Assembly (NCBI GenBank): GCA_905331295.1
Contig: CAJNYD010000124.1
Span: 1-57,412 of the forward strand
Direction: 5' to 3'
Source: Rotaria socialis
Lineage: Eukaryota
DNA: 57,412 nt
This document shows, one piece after another, positions 25,349-39,607 of the stretch. The position numbers were made by a program, and so were the translations under genes. Under the pieces are notes generated by a model. It had not been told where the DNA came from. It ran no database searches and saw only the letters and a list, made by a program, of their open reading frames with translations. Position 1 is the first letter of the stretch; each line of letters begins with the position of its first letter.

Positions 25349-26244
25349 ACAATAGCGGTTAACTTCACTCGTTCGATAACTCTCACTTCAACATTTGTAT
25401 TTCTTATTTCTAGTTGACTTGAAACTCATCGCGCTCTTTTTATCGAAAATGTTTATCTGTATTTCCCTATAGCTGCAAGACCTATGTAGCTATGTTTTTG
25501 TTGTTGTAATTTTAAATTCTCTTTATTATCAATCAATAAATAGAACTAGTTCACATTATTGAGAATTGATAAAGAATCAAGTATTAAATCTTCTTGCAGT
25601 TGTATACCAAACGGTATAGAGATTTTAGTGTTTGAAGAAATAATTTCAAAAAAAACGTGCCTTCTATATTAGTATAACAATGTGAATTGAAGCAATATAT
25701 TTTTATCGTCGTAAACTATACTCATCGTTGCTCGTAATCGAATAGATTGCATTCTTTTCGTTTCTTTTTATGAACATATAAATCTAAGGTTTAATAAGAT
25801 AAAACAATTTGAAAAAGTATGTTGGTCAACATCTTGCATTGTTTTGTCATCATTAACAAATAAATCCTATGAATGTATTTTACCTTTTCTTTCACTTTCT
25901 ATTTTCTAAATTGAATATTTAAACAAAACATCCTTGAACTTCTCGGCTCAAGAATTTCTAAAAATGTCATTATCTTACTAAACAACAAATAAAAAGAAAG
26001 AGAGAGAGAGAGAGAGAGAGAATAAAATTTATACTATTTTAAATTTCTCTTATTTCTATTTGTTACACGACGAACTTTAAGTGGAGGGAGATTCTCTATA
26101 CACGTGCAAATTGAGATGCGAAGGACAATCAATCAAAATGAAGAACTAAGGATTAGTAATAACGAAAAATTGCATAGTTAGTAGTTAGTAAAACAAAGAA
26201 GAGAAGAAAAACAGATCAGACAACGATTGGGTGTATTTTACACG

Positions 26245-26967
26245 ATGATGACAATACAGCCAAAACAAAATGCAGCGCTTAAATGGATCTTAAGAATTAT
26301 CGGTTTTATTTGGATGTTTCTTACGGCTTGTTTCGCCATTCTTAATATATTCGTATTTGTTCAACCACAATGGATTGGTGATACTCTAGCAAGTCCACGC
26401 GCTGGCCATTTCGGTCTATATTCATATTGTATAAGTACAATCACAGATTTTGAATTCGATTGTCAAGGAGCATGGACTAATTTTGGAACAATTCTTAATG
26501 TACCATTTGCTATCGCAACATTTTTTGTTGGCTTCTCTGCACTACTTATTCTTTTATGTCTTGTATTGTTTATACTGTTCATATTCGTCCGTCCACGTTT
26601 GGTCTATTTCATAGCTGCAATAATACAATTTATTTGTTCGATTTGTTTACTGATTGCTCTTATAGTTTATCCGTTCGGTTTTGATAGTGAAAAAATTCGA
26701 ATAGTATGTGGTTCTAATGTCAATGATTTTAATCTTGGTACGTGTCAAATTCGTTGGGCATATATATTAGCTGTAATTGCATTATTTAATGTATCGGTAC
26801 TTGCATTACTTGGATTTTTTCTTGGTATGAAACAACCAAAACATGAAACTATGAGAGAAGTTATTAATCCAAATCATGCGATATCGAAATATGGTGAACT
26901 TCATGAAGCTATGGAAGATCGAACGTTTTCTGAGCAAACAATTCCAACAACTTTACAACGACGTTGA
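26245..26967 (+). CDS. LHFPL: LHFPL/TMHS-family tetraspan membrane protein, intronless
   Basis: Four hydrophobic segments plus the family motifs VQPQWIGD, GHFGLYSYC, YPFGFDS...VCG and LGTCQIRWAYILA. First ATG is at 26245. The specific paralogue is not assigned. Confidence 0.88.
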   Translation: MMTIQPKQNAALKWILRIIGFIWMFLTACFAILNIFVFVQPQWIGDTLASPRAGHFGLYSYCISTITDFEFDCQGAWTNFGTILNVPFAIATFFVGFSALLILLCLVLFILFIFVRPRLVYFIAAIIQFICSICLLIALIVYPFGFDSEKIRIVCGSNVNDFNLGTCQIRWAYILAVIALFNVSVLALLGFFLGMKQPKHETMREVINPNHAISKYGELHEAMEDRTFSEQTIPTTLQRR

Positions 26968-27351
26968 TCTTCGTCTTAATTGGACTTTCTTTTTATTCCG
27001 AATCAGATAGATAGGCTTATCACATCTATATTTTGTTTGAATTTGAAATAATCTTATAACTAGAGAAAATAAAAGTGAAATTCTTAATTTCAAATATGTT
27101 TTTTTACTATAACGACGACTGATGATAATCGAACTTGTTTGAGTCACAAATTAGATAAAGTGAGTACAGAGAAAAATTCGATTTCGGTGAATAACAAATG
27201 TCCAGGGAAAGAGGTGATATTTCGCATATATATATATATATATGCTATCAGTGTTGACAATAACAATCGGCAATTGTCTATATTTTTTTCTTCTTCTTTT
27301 CTTTATGTTGTCGTCAGTCATTGTATTTTCCTCACACACACACACACACGC

Positions 27352-27775
27352 ATGAATATGCATCTATTCGATAAATTGCGAGCAAGCTTTCGACGAAAAC
27401 CAAATGTAAGTTCAATTAGATCATTGCTTTTATTTTTGAGCTATTTAATTTTGAAATTATTAGAAAATTGAATTGTCATTATCACAACAAATTGAAAATT
27501 TACTTAGTCAATCGAATGATTCACATGGGGACCACCGTTTACTTTTACTTCGTTTAGTTTATGAACATCGATCACGACAATTTGATGCATTAAATGTACC
27601 TTCGAATGATTCAAAACGTGTTGAATTTGAAAGATCAATGCTCAAAAGTCTTCTTGCAATTACATCTTCATCATCAGTAAGAGAAAAGTCACAATCGAAC
27701 TTTCAACGATCTTCACGTTTATATAAATCTATGCCAATGGCGACCTCTGTACATATGTCAAAACGAAGAAATTGA
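27352..27775 (+). CDS. Small uncharacterised two-exon protein (about 120 aa)
   Basis: Exon 27352-27405 (MNMHLFDKLRASFRRKPN) ends at a GTAAGT donor and joins exon 27464-27775 in frame. Confidence 0.55.
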
Positions 27776-28054
27776 CGCAAATAATTCAGAACTTTTTCCT
27801 TGGCGATAAGCATTTGTTATAGAAATCGTTGTAACTGTTCGCGGTTATTGTATTTATTATTTCTAATATATATTATATATCGCCAAATATTGATTGGCTG
27901 TCTGAAGTCTATCAATCATTGCTACCATAACGAACGAAAAAAAAAAGCAACGAAAGACAAGACTTTTCGGTGAACGAATATTTGAAATGAATAGTTCATT
28001 GAGATATCTATTTATTTAAACACACACATATATATATATTTGCATACGTTTTAG

Positions 28055-29385
28055 ATGAGAACCATGGATATGGTGAGATCGAAGAAATGATGATTACCTT
28101 TGTCTTTTTTAAGTGTAATTTGATTTTAAAAATAGGGTTTGCCAACAATAATTATAGAATTAGGTCAACAACGGCAACGCATTAAATTAAATAAAGTTTA
28201 TTTTACTTTACAAGAATTAATCGAATTATTTTCTCAAGTATTTCAAATGAAATTCGATTTACAAACATATGAAATTTTATTATCTCATAAACGACTCGAT
28301 TCTATGACAAGGATTGATTTTACTCAATATAATAATTATCAACGTTTTAAAATACAATTGAAAAATAATCGAACAACAGAATTGTCAAATACAATATATA
28401 GTGATAAAAATGAAATAGTAATACAAAAAAAATATTTTTTAGAAATCTATGATCGATATTTTCTTTTTCTAGGCTTCATTAAAACAACGATTGAATATAG
28501 TATCAAATGAAATACAAAATATTGCTCGTTTGTATCTTCTTTTTATGAAAACCATTTTAACAAATTTCATTTTCTTTCTAGTTCTTATCAATTCTATTCA
28601 TAGAAACTATAGAAATATTATCACGGTAAGACTTTTAAACAGAAGAACTTCTCTTCACCGAATTGATTTTAGACACTTACTGATGAAGACAACCAACAAG
28701 ATACGCCATTGAACACAACAGCATCAAATGAGTATTTCAAAGAAAATCGACTACATCATGATCTTACTGCTCCACCTGGTTTTAAACCATTACCAAACCA
28801 TCGACCATTAAATGCATCTTCACTAGATTCTCAAAGCACCGATGAAGGTATCGATCGTGACGCTGGAAGTCTATCAGTGTTTGAATCAGCTCATAGTGAC
28901 CATGAATATGAAAGTGTTTATTTCGAATGCCGTGAAGATTCAACACTTGTTAATCAACCAAATTCAATAATGATAAATAATAATAGTAAACCTGAATGGC
29001 GTAATCAATCATACAATCCTCGTTCTCGTTCTCATTGGAATATTAATAAAGTCAAATATCAGAAAAATTATAATCAAGAACAATTTGGTGAAAAGCCTCG
29101 TTTGAAAAAACCAATCAATCTAAATAAAGTGCCATTACCGGTCGAAAAGAAAAAGAACAGTACGTGTATAAATATTGACGTTTATCTATTTATTGATTTA
29201 TTGTAGTTCCATGCAAATATGCAGCTGGTGGCAATTGCAAGTAAGACTTTAAGAAAAATATGTTAATGAAATTATTTCTTTTGCGTTTATTTTAGACGAG
29301 GTAAATCATCAAAATCAGAAGTAATCTTGAAATATTGTTTCAAATTTATTTAGGAAGTCAATGTCGATTTATTCATGTTGTTTAA
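28055..29385 (+). CDS. Uncharacterised protein with a PB1/ubiquitin-like N-terminus and a single C-terminal CCCH zinc finger (paralogue 1)
   Basis: Multi-exon gene with ATG at 28055. The finger CKYAAGGNCKRGSQCRFIH (C-x7-C-x5-C-x3-H) is assembled from exons 29207-29240, 29296-29300 and 29354-29385. The N-terminal fold call is inference. Confidence 0.7.
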
Positions 29386-30446
29386 CGACTGTTTTTTATC
29401 TTTCAATTCTTCCTACTGCATGGTTTTATCCTTGCTGTTATTAATTGTATATCAATATCTTGCTGCGTTCATTTCGATACATTCCGTTTCGTTTTTTCTT
29501 CTATAATTTTTATTGCGCTTACAGCTGTGCTTTCTACAAATTTGGAGTACGGCTAGTATTCTTTTTTATCTAGTAGTGCTCGACGTTATTATTAGTGCTG
29601 ACTCTTTTTTAACTTTCAATTGAACTGTATACGTTCTTTAAACCGAAAATCGGGATGGTTCTTTCTTGTTATTATGAATAAAAAAAGATGAGTTTTGCTT
29701 ACTATTGTTATTTGTTTATTTTAATTTAGATAAGTATAGAGAATATGAACACGAGAAGTATCGAATTAATGTCAAGTCGAGGTCATAAAGGTTCTAATGA
29801 GAAATGAAGACCCTGAAAAGACTTCGGATTCGAAGGTTATTGCGGTGGAGATACCGTATTTTTCTTTAATGAATGTCGCGGCTCATCTACAGAACAACAA
29901 GGAAACTGATCTATGGATTGTGAGTTAATGATAATATCCTATCAGGAAATCTACCCTAGAATTGAGCCTGTTTGAGTAAATGAAAAATACTCTTTTCGGC
30001 TTGGAGTGATGATAAGATCAAAAAATTCAACAATTAATTTTCTTGAGGAGAAACACTTCAATAGGCTGAAATTATCGGATCCCTACAAAAAGTACGATAA
30101 ACATGTACGCTCGGAGTAAATCAATCAGGTGAGTTCACTCTTTCAACAACAAAAAAGGGATTTATATCTTTAACCTGTAAGAAATTAGTATAATCAAATT
30201 TCACTAATAGGCTAAATTTCTATTGATAGAATCAGAAGTTTAAATTCATTCGACAGTACCTTGATAATGAAATACATGAAAAAATAGGTTTACTGCTGTA
30301 TTGTTTCTTTATTTAAATTTTATACATAAATACGATTATTAAATAGGCATTCTTATTCTATTAAAAACTATAACACGATGAATCATTTTGTCTATCCAAT
30401 ATCTCTCAGTCAAATTTCTCTTTCTTTTTTATTTCAGATCAAAACA

Positions 30447-31643
30447 ATGGTACATCTATTTTTTTCTACATTTTCGTTTTTTTAATTTTTTCTTCATTTC
30501 ACTCAGTCCGAAACATGGATCATTGTCGAATTTGGTGCACGACGTCAACGCGCGTCGTTAAATGATCGTCTGATATCAACTTCAAAACTTTTGCAGTTGA
30601 TTAGTAATCATTTTGGTATTAAGCTCGATCATAAATCTCTATATACATTACAAATGTATGATAAAAGATTTAACGAATATATTTCACTTACTGATGACAG
30701 GCAAATATTAGATCTGTCTAAAGATAGTGAACAATTCTATCGTTTTCGAATTATTAACAAATCTTTTTCATCGCAAGTAGGATGATAATTTTTTTGTGTA
30801 TAATTTTGTTGAAAATAGAAATCTATTTATAGAAATATCATCTTTTGAATAATCTCCAATCCACCATGGGAAATCTTCAGTGTGCAAACAGAGATATCGA
30901 TACGCTACAAAGTTTGCTAAAAATTAAGCAAAAGAAAAATTGAGTATTTATTTTTTTAAATTCATTTAGAACTTCTTGGTGAACTCAAGCATAGTTCTGA
31001 CACTCTCAATCAAGTATGAAAACGAGTCAGTTGTTTGTAGTATTTAGCTTTCTATGTAGTTATGTTAGATTAAAAAATTCGTTTGTTCATCGCTTTTTGT
31101 TTTTTAAAACGAAATTTAGTCAACTCAACAAAAAACTAGTTTCATTTCTTCAGTTCATGGAAACACAATGTGTGCAATCATCTATCAATCAATCTTCTTC
31201 TGCTTCGCCTTATCTGATAGATCCTGTACGTACGAATCATTAAAATCTCTGATCTATGTTGCTTTGTTTTCGCTAGTCAACTATGGAGAAACATATTGAA
31301 GTTGCAGAAGAACACAATTTAGATGAAGAAAATTTGGACAGTGTTTCATGTTATGATAGCAGCTCGATTTACAATAAATCTTCTTCGCCTGCAATGGCAA
31401 CTTTAATAAATTCGAATAAGCAAAAACCATCGAAAACTTTTAATAATAATAATAATAATATTCAAACACGTATTATTCCCTGTAAATATGCTGTTAGAGG
31501 GAACTGTCGTTTGGGTGATAAATGTTTATATTTACATGATGGTAAATAATGATGTTTATGTTTTCTTTTGATTTATAGTTTATTTTTATCTATTTCCAGA
31601 AGAGTGTATTCAATCGGCACGTGAATGGGAGCGACGCTTGTAA
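30447..31643 (+). CDS. Uncharacterised protein with a PB1/ubiquitin-like N-terminus and a single C-terminal CCCH zinc finger (paralogue 2)
   Basis: The first coding exon is only ATG (30447-30449). WIIVEFGARRQRASL...LLQLISNHFGIK resembles paralogue 1 (IIIELGQQRQRIKL...LIELFSQVFQMK). The finger is CKYAVRGNCRLGDKCLYLH and the last exon ends EWERRL*. Confidence 0.7.
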
Positions 31644-33813
31644 AAACTTCATGTACTTTTAATTTTCTAACTGTATTTAATATGATGTCAATATATTCAT
31701 ATTCAATAAACATTTTTGTTACGAAGTTATATTGTCTACACTTTCGTATCTGTAGCCACCTTTAATCATATAGGAAGTTTTCACATACTTTGTAATCAGA
31801 GAATTTTGAATAGTAAAATAAATGAAATATTTATTAAAATATCCATCAAGATGTTTCGCCAATGCTTTAACATGGGCCTAAATTGAGTAGCAAGGAAATC
31901 GAACGCAATAATACATTCCTATTGGCGGCACCGTTGTACCTGTACTTTTCCAAGGCATTAGTTAAACGGAAATTGTTCGTTCACAAAACATGTATCAGTA
32001 TAGTACAATAGCAAGTATTCATGAATATAGATTGAGACGATCGATAGGAAAATATGATATAGTTTAAATTTTAAAACGTATATAGACCAAAAGAAACAGG
32101 ACCGATGGAAACGATTTGTCTATGTGAGATTAAATTTATTTTAGTTTAATTCGTTAACTTTTTGTCCGAATGAAAAGAATTTATCGGTGTCTATTTCTTG
32201 AAACTATCCCAATTCTAATACAGCATGAAAATTTGAGCTGGAAAGTATTTTAAGATTCAGCAACTTGCTATTGAAGTTTGCTGAGAGACTGAATTGATGA
32301 ATCTCAACTCTGATCATTATGATATATTACCAGTGTTTATACAGACTCTTGCAAAAAGAAATGTAATCAAAAAGTCAAAACATTATGATAATTGATATAC
32401 GCGCTCTACAGTATTCTCATTTCGAATTTCCGATCATTGATTAAATTCATTGTATACTATTAAGTGCATCTTCACAGCAGACATTCTTTTCTTCTACTGA
32501 TAATATCCATTACATACGACATGGGAATCAGTAAGTGTCACTTTATTCTTCGTTTCATCGATTCAATCACCGTATATTAGCATGGTATACATATTAATTT
32601 CCGTGTTCAGTAAGCTTTCGAACATAAAATCCTTCTTCGAGAGAAATCTTAGAGGGATAGAATACTCCGGAATATTCTAACATGATTTCAACGCCTTTAT
32701 AAACGAGAAGAGGATTTTTCCTATTGCGAAAATGTTATTTCTGTTTTAATCTGGATAGACTTGCAAATATTATTAGAAATACAGAAATATTCTAATATTT
32801 TACTACTCTTATTAAAGTATTGATCAACAGAGAACGAACTATTTTCAGATCTCTTCATACTAAATTAAAAATTTATTTACATTGTCGTCAAAATCATTTT
32901 ATCAAATTCATATAGGCGTTGAATTCATCAATCGCCACATATTTCTCAATGCGAACTAGCAATATTTGCATAAATCGATGGTATCAACTTTAGTTGTATG
33001 AATTTGGTAGTGGAAAAGCTCAAGACACGCAATCAATCACTTTTTTTGCCTATAAAAAAGATATCTTTTCGAGATTGTGAAGCAGAAAAAACATTGGTGA
33101 AACAGAAAGTCATTGTAGAGCTGAGAATCTGTCGGAAATTTAACACTGTATGAGAAATATAAACAAAAGTATTGATTCAAGGATAATTATGAACATCAAT
33201 CTTATTCGGCAATGTGTCAATTATGACACGTAATTCTAATTGATGCATGAATCGACGATAGACTAATTATCTTTCACAATTCAATCTAGTAGTACATTCT
33301 CACTTAATAAACAGATATTAGAAAAAAACAGCAGCAATTCACAATTACCATCTAATAGAATAAAAATCAGCATTGAATTTTTCTTCGGACGAAGCATTTC
33401 AAAACACTTGAATGCATGTAATGTACTTTTTGTATGATAAAGTACAAGTAGTAAAAATTTGATCGTTCAAAACGACTCCCCGATTCTGTAGAATTACCGA
33501 ATCATTTTCCCAAATTCTATGATGATATAATTGTCGAAGAATTTCATATAGCTATATGTTATAGATTCTCCAGGTTAAAATGTTTATTCTCTATAGACAA
33601 GTGCAATTTAAAACGTGATCTATATATTTTTCTCATGCGCGATAGAGAATGAAAGAAAACAAATAGCTAAGAGAACAGATAGATAAAATGGATGCCAAAA
33701 TATATGTTAGTGCATTAGATGTTTCGTCGACCATTTCTTTATAATTATATATTTTTTACTTTTCTTAAAACATCATTTTTCTTCACAGATAACATCGTTT
33801 CATCGTCGAGAAA

Positions 33814-36800
33814 ATGCTGCCGACAATCATGAAGTTCGAATACGAAAGAGTATGTATCCATAAAAAATAATAACCCTTAAAAACTAATCTCACAGCTACA
33901 TTTTCTTTCTTTTTTTAAACAAATAGCAAAATAAAGAAAATTATCAGTACATCCCGTTACAAGTAATCGTTGATGATGAAGAAAATTCATCTGATGATTG
34001 TTTTATTATCGAATCGAGTGACCCAACCACTCCCTCGTTATCGCGCAACGATGTTAGTTTAAAAAAAACTAAATCAGTATATCATAGAATGCAACCTAAT
34101 CTTCTTTTCATTTTAGCCAAATTTTCATTTATTACTTACAAATGCATTACCGCATACTTTGTCAAGACGTACAAATCTTCTACTTATCTATGAAAATCGA
34201 ACACTTGATGTTCAAATTGTTGATCCTGTTGTTAACCTTGAGAAGCAAGAACGTCTTACGGTAAAATCAAATGAAAACTATCCACCTCTCACTTTCGTTT
34301 GACTCGATAAGGATTATTTTTTGTCAGAGTATGTACACATGTAAAAATATTTGCTGATTCAAATAATTATTAACCAATAAGGAATCAACGAGTATCTCTC
34401 GGACTGTTCAACACTAACTGGATCGATGAAAGTAAATTTTCATAAAAATCAGATTCCGAATATTTTTCGCTTGCATATTCTTACGTCTGTAATGCTAATT
34501 TTTTTCATAGTATCTAGTATAACGTCATTTACAACTATTTGCATAAGGAAAGTTCATTATTTCGATATACATGTATTTCTCTTATTAGATTTCCCATTTA
34601 AATTATCTTTATTCAATACCAAAACGACATTTATATTTATCAATGTGTTTGAATATTGAACATGTAGCGATTCCAGAACAAACTCGAATAATGTACAAAT
34701 TATCCTCAACATCAAAAACATTTTCCTTAGGATTTATATGTGAAATTCCTTCGCTATATAATTATCAACGATATTTAATTTTATTTGATGATGGCACTGC
34801 CACTTATACAACGAATAATAATACGATATATGCATGTCTTTGCCAAGATTTTGAACGAAATCTGCGTTCGATTGAATCGACAATGCTTCGACAAAACTTG
34901 GAAAAATTAATTTACAATAAAAATTCAAATAAACGAAAATTTCAACTTCAAGATGAAGTTCGAGTAAAAAAATTCGATGATAAATATCATAATGCACGAA
35001 TGATTGATACTGATTGTTCAATAGTAAAATTAAAATTTTATGAAAGACAGGCACAAACAGAAATATGGATGCACTTAGATTCATTACTAATTGATGATGC
35101 AGAAATAGCATCAGTAGATATAGCAAGTCCTGTGATTTTACAAAATAAACGAAAATGTGAAGAAATATTACCAAGTAAGTTAACGGTGATTAACATTTTT
35201 GAAGATATAAAACTATAATTTCTCATTATTTGCCATTTCCCTTGGCCCATCTTAATGAAATTTCGGCTTTCTATTAACAGTGTTTCATGAAGCATGCGAG
35301 CCTATTAAAACAGCGGTTCGTTGAAGGCCGAGTTTTCTTCCGAAGTTTAACAGTTTTTTACCCGGAAGAGAAAATATGGGTAATCAACGAAGATTTATCT
35401 TTGTCATTGGCTGCACACAGTGTATACCAAATACACAGACAACTTCGACGATGATACATTGTCTCATTCATTTTTTTTTATATGGCCACTAAGTCTCTTT
35501 CGGAAAACCCGACTTTCATATTTCGACCGGAACCTCTCTACATTATGAGTGTAGTATTGTAGAAAATGATTAAATCTCTTAGTTTGCTTTCTATTCAGAC
35601 ACAATAACATTGGAAATGTTGAGATATATATTAGGATCGCTGGATATCTATCTCATGCACTTTCGCCCTACGACAGTAATGATACGATGAAAATATAGGC
35701 ATAAAAGGTTTTTCCTATTAATCTATATCCTCAACTCGAACACACAAAAAAACCGAGAACTCGCACTTAATCTTCATTTTAGTTTCTCAACCACCACCAC
35801 CACCACTGCGAGTTTCAACACGTACATCGTTGTCGAACTTGTATCAATCTCATCAATGTTCTCGTTATTGTGTACTGACCGCTGAAGAAAATTTTGCACC
35901 ACATAACATTACCGAAAACCCCTACACATTACCACTTTCGTAAGAATGTTTTTCAAAAATTTCTTCTCATCGATTTTACTATCATTGCTTTATTAGATGC
36001 GGCTGGACTTATTTTCATATCGATCGTCATGGGGAAGGCCAATTTACAAAGAAACCATCAACACGTAAAAAATTGCCATTTAGTTCAACTTATCTATATC
36101 GTTCGCCATGTGGTCGTTCATTTTTGACATTAGACGAAATTGAAGAATATCTATTTCAAACCGATTCGAAATTAACAATTAAATTTTTTGTCAATGACCG
36201 GGTAACACGTCTTGAATCGTGCCTTAAATATAATTCAAAATATATTCTCAATGAAGACATATCACAAGGAAAAGAACATGTGAAAATTCCTATTTATAAT
36301 GAAAATAATTTAGAACTTCCAGAAGAATTTACATACGTGACACAAACACCTTCAAAATTAAAAATTTCAAGTGATACATCAACAATGACATGCTGTTCGT
36401 GTACGGATAAGTAAGTTTAGAGGTTCAATCGAACGTTCGTCTTGATATATTTCTCTCTCTCTCTGAAGTTGTCGTGACAGAATGAAATGCTCATGTTGGC
36501 TTAAAACATTCGAGCAAGCAAGGCTAAACGGAAACGAACAAATACGTAGTTGGCGACGACGAAAGCTGTCCATGGAGAAAATGATTTCACGTTTCGGATA
36601 TATTCATCAACGTTTAAAGGTTCCTGTTTGGAGTGGAATCTATGAATGTAATTCGAAATGTTCATGTCATGCAAAACAATGTACAAATCGTCTTGTTCAA
36701 CATAGTCTGCATCAGCAATTACAATTATTTCATACGACTACAAAAGGTTGGGCTTTACGTGTTCTTCATGATATACCTCATGGAAGGTAAAGAATAGAAG

Positions 36801-38181
36801 AATTTTTTTCTGATAACAAATTAGATTTTCATATTTTTGTTAGTTTTATTAATGCTTATGTTGGAGAATTAATTAATGGAGATATGGCAGCACATCGTGA
36901 TTTTAAATATTTGGCTATATTAGATCATCAAAGTCATTTAAAGACAAATGATAATAAAAGCCGACAACAAGCGCTGAAAAATAATTTTAATGATGTTTTA
37001 AATGGTAAGAAATTTCGAAATGAATTCATATACGATTAACTGAATAAGTTATCGAAAATTTCGATTGAGAAAACTGATAATATTGATGCGTCAGTATTAT
37101 CTATTGAATCTAAGTTGTCTTCAATAGCTGGGAGATACGCTTTTTTTTATAGATGACGCTGCAAAATTTCTTTAGTAAAACGATTTTATTTATTCTTTTA
37201 CTAATTTGAATTCTTTCTCGTCATATGTTAAATTTTCGATATTAAACACTAGCTATTGAATCATTTATGCATACTTCTGAACAAAAATCGTAAGCACTAC
37301 TACTACTAGTTGTTGCGAGTATCGCCGTAGGCCATAAAATCACACGGCATTCGCTTTTAAGATGAAATACAATCAGTTAGTCAAGTGTTTCGAATAGTCA
37401 TGAATCATCTTGACCATATTTACGAGCCAAGAAAATTGATTTTACTTTGTAACCATCTTTTTCATGCGTATCATCGACAAAGGTCAAATGCATGTTTTTT
37501 GTGCTGATATGAAAAGAAAGAAAATACAGACATTATCAATACATAAATAACATAATTGGTAAAGATATGTGGTAAGTGATAAGAAGCACATGCAATGTGA
37601 TTTCTATTTTCTGCATAGGTTTGTAACGAATGAGATATAAAAGTGTTCTTATAAATTTTAAAACTTTTATCTTATTTTTTCTTTGTTCCAATTCTAGCCA
37701 AAACTCTAATTCCAGTAAAAAAGTGTATTCGATTATCCCATGATGGTCAGCCAAGCGACGACGACGATGACGACGACGATGATGATGATCATGAAGAGGA
37801 TGAGGATTCATGTTTTATTATCGATGCAAAGCATTATGGTTCAATAAGCCGATTTTACAATCACTCATGTAAACCAAATGTGGAGATCCAAAACGTAATT
37901 TCTCATTTAAATGTATTATTACTCGATAATATCCTTTTTGCTTGTTCTTACAGATATTTATTAATTCTCATGATCCTAGATTTCCGGTAATTGCACTTTT
38001 TGCATGTCGACATATCCGGGCTGGTGAAGGTAAGCTTCCGGAGAAATTTCTTCTCTATTGAATTTGTTTTTACATATTAATAGAAATATGTTGGGATTAC
38101 AATTATAAAGTGGGTTGTATGCCTAATGTACATATCGATTGTCAATGTCAAGCATCCAATTGTCGTGGTCGCTTATTGTGA
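33814..38181 (+). CDS. SETDB1: SETDB1/eggless-like H3K9 methyltransferase, paralogue A (Tudor-like, MBD, pre-SET, split SET, post-SET)
   Basis: About 11 exons. Tudor-like RYLILFDDG, MBD YRSPCGRSF..LDEIEEYL, pre-SET CCSCTD.C...CSC and GIYECNSKCSC, SET KGWAL and RFYNHSCKPN, EICWDYNY, and post-SET CQCQASNCRGRLL*. The start codon is approximate. Confidence 0.9.
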
Positions 38182-39607
38182 TTAAAATTGCTTTTTTTTG
38201 TTTTTAATTTTCGCTGAGATAGTTGAAAATAGGAAATTTATATATTTGTTCAGTGTAGAAATGCTCAGAAAATGTATTTATCCCAGTTGTCAATAGTGAT
38301 ACTCTTTCACATTTCGTCAAGAGTATTCTTTATTTTTGTATTTTATAAACTTTTTCTTTCTGCTTGTTACTTATGGGTATCTCGTAAAACATTTTGTTAT
38401 TAAAATAAAAAAGAAACACTCAAAAAATAAAATAATAGCGCGTAGTTTGCTTTTTTCCTTTTGCTCTTAACGTCTATAAACTTTTTTTTTAGAACATGAA
38501 TTTTGTTTGTCAAGAAGTATATGGCTTTTTTTTGTTTGGTTGAATTTTCATACGATTTATATTTTAGCAAAACAAAGAAAATAACAGTCTGCTCAATCGA
38601 ACCAATAAATTTATCACAGGTTAGATTTTGTTTCGATTGATGAAAGACAAGTTTCATCATGATTAAAAATTAAATTTTTAGTAATTTTTATAAGGTAAAG
38701 CAGCATACTATAAAGCAAAAGAATAAATAAATTTTGCACACGACTATTGTTGATTCTTTTTAAAAATAATTCAAGCGTTTTCTTTGTTTCCGATTGTGAT
38801 CATCTAATTCTCTCTACTGACAACATCCTTCATAATTGGAGATATGTCACTTGCAAGTAAAACATAATTTATGTCACTGCTATTGATTAATTAAATATAA
38901 GAATTAGAATAGAACACTATCGATTATTTGTTTCAAGAAGAAATCATGATTGATATTTTAATTCTGCATGCTTGAAATCAAAAGATAATAGTATTGTTTT
39001 GCAAATTATTTGATGATACATATTTTTATTTTTTTTGCACACCGTAATTTTAATTCACTGCACAATCTAATTGCATGATAACTAATAGTCGTATCTCGTT
39101 GTCTACAGAAGTCATAACATTGTACGTGATAAATTTTATTTTAACGATGTTCATTTGAATCGTATTTCGAAATTTAACGTTCTTGCATGCATAGAGACTA
39201 CAGCTTTTAAGAGCTATATATATATATATATGTATGTATGTAATACCGATAATTGTAAAGTTATGTAATCAATAGATTATTCATAAATGTCTTTGCAGAG
39301 TTAAACATACATGCGATGGAAACTTAAAAAAAATTCATTTGCACTGCGCAGGAAGAAACCATCTGCTCCGATAAAAAAAAGTCATTGAGACATAAATTAT
39401 TACTTCGTTAAAGGTTAATAAAAATTCAAGGCGATAAATAATTTATGGCTACAGTTTCTCAATAATAATTCTAGTTCTAGAAGTGATATTCTTAACGTAT
39501 GCAAGAATGATAGATTGCTAAATAAATCTAAAGAACAGTTTCGAATGATAGAACGATAATTTACTTAAAAGTATTTGATTACTTTGATTATCTCCTTCAT
39601 TTCCTAG

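Noticed and set aside
39300..39607. No clear start codon for SETDB1 paralogue B, raising possible pseudogene status
   Set aside because: All downstream exons and catalytic motifs are intact. An unresolved 5' exon structure is the more likely explanation, and it needs cDNA to settle.
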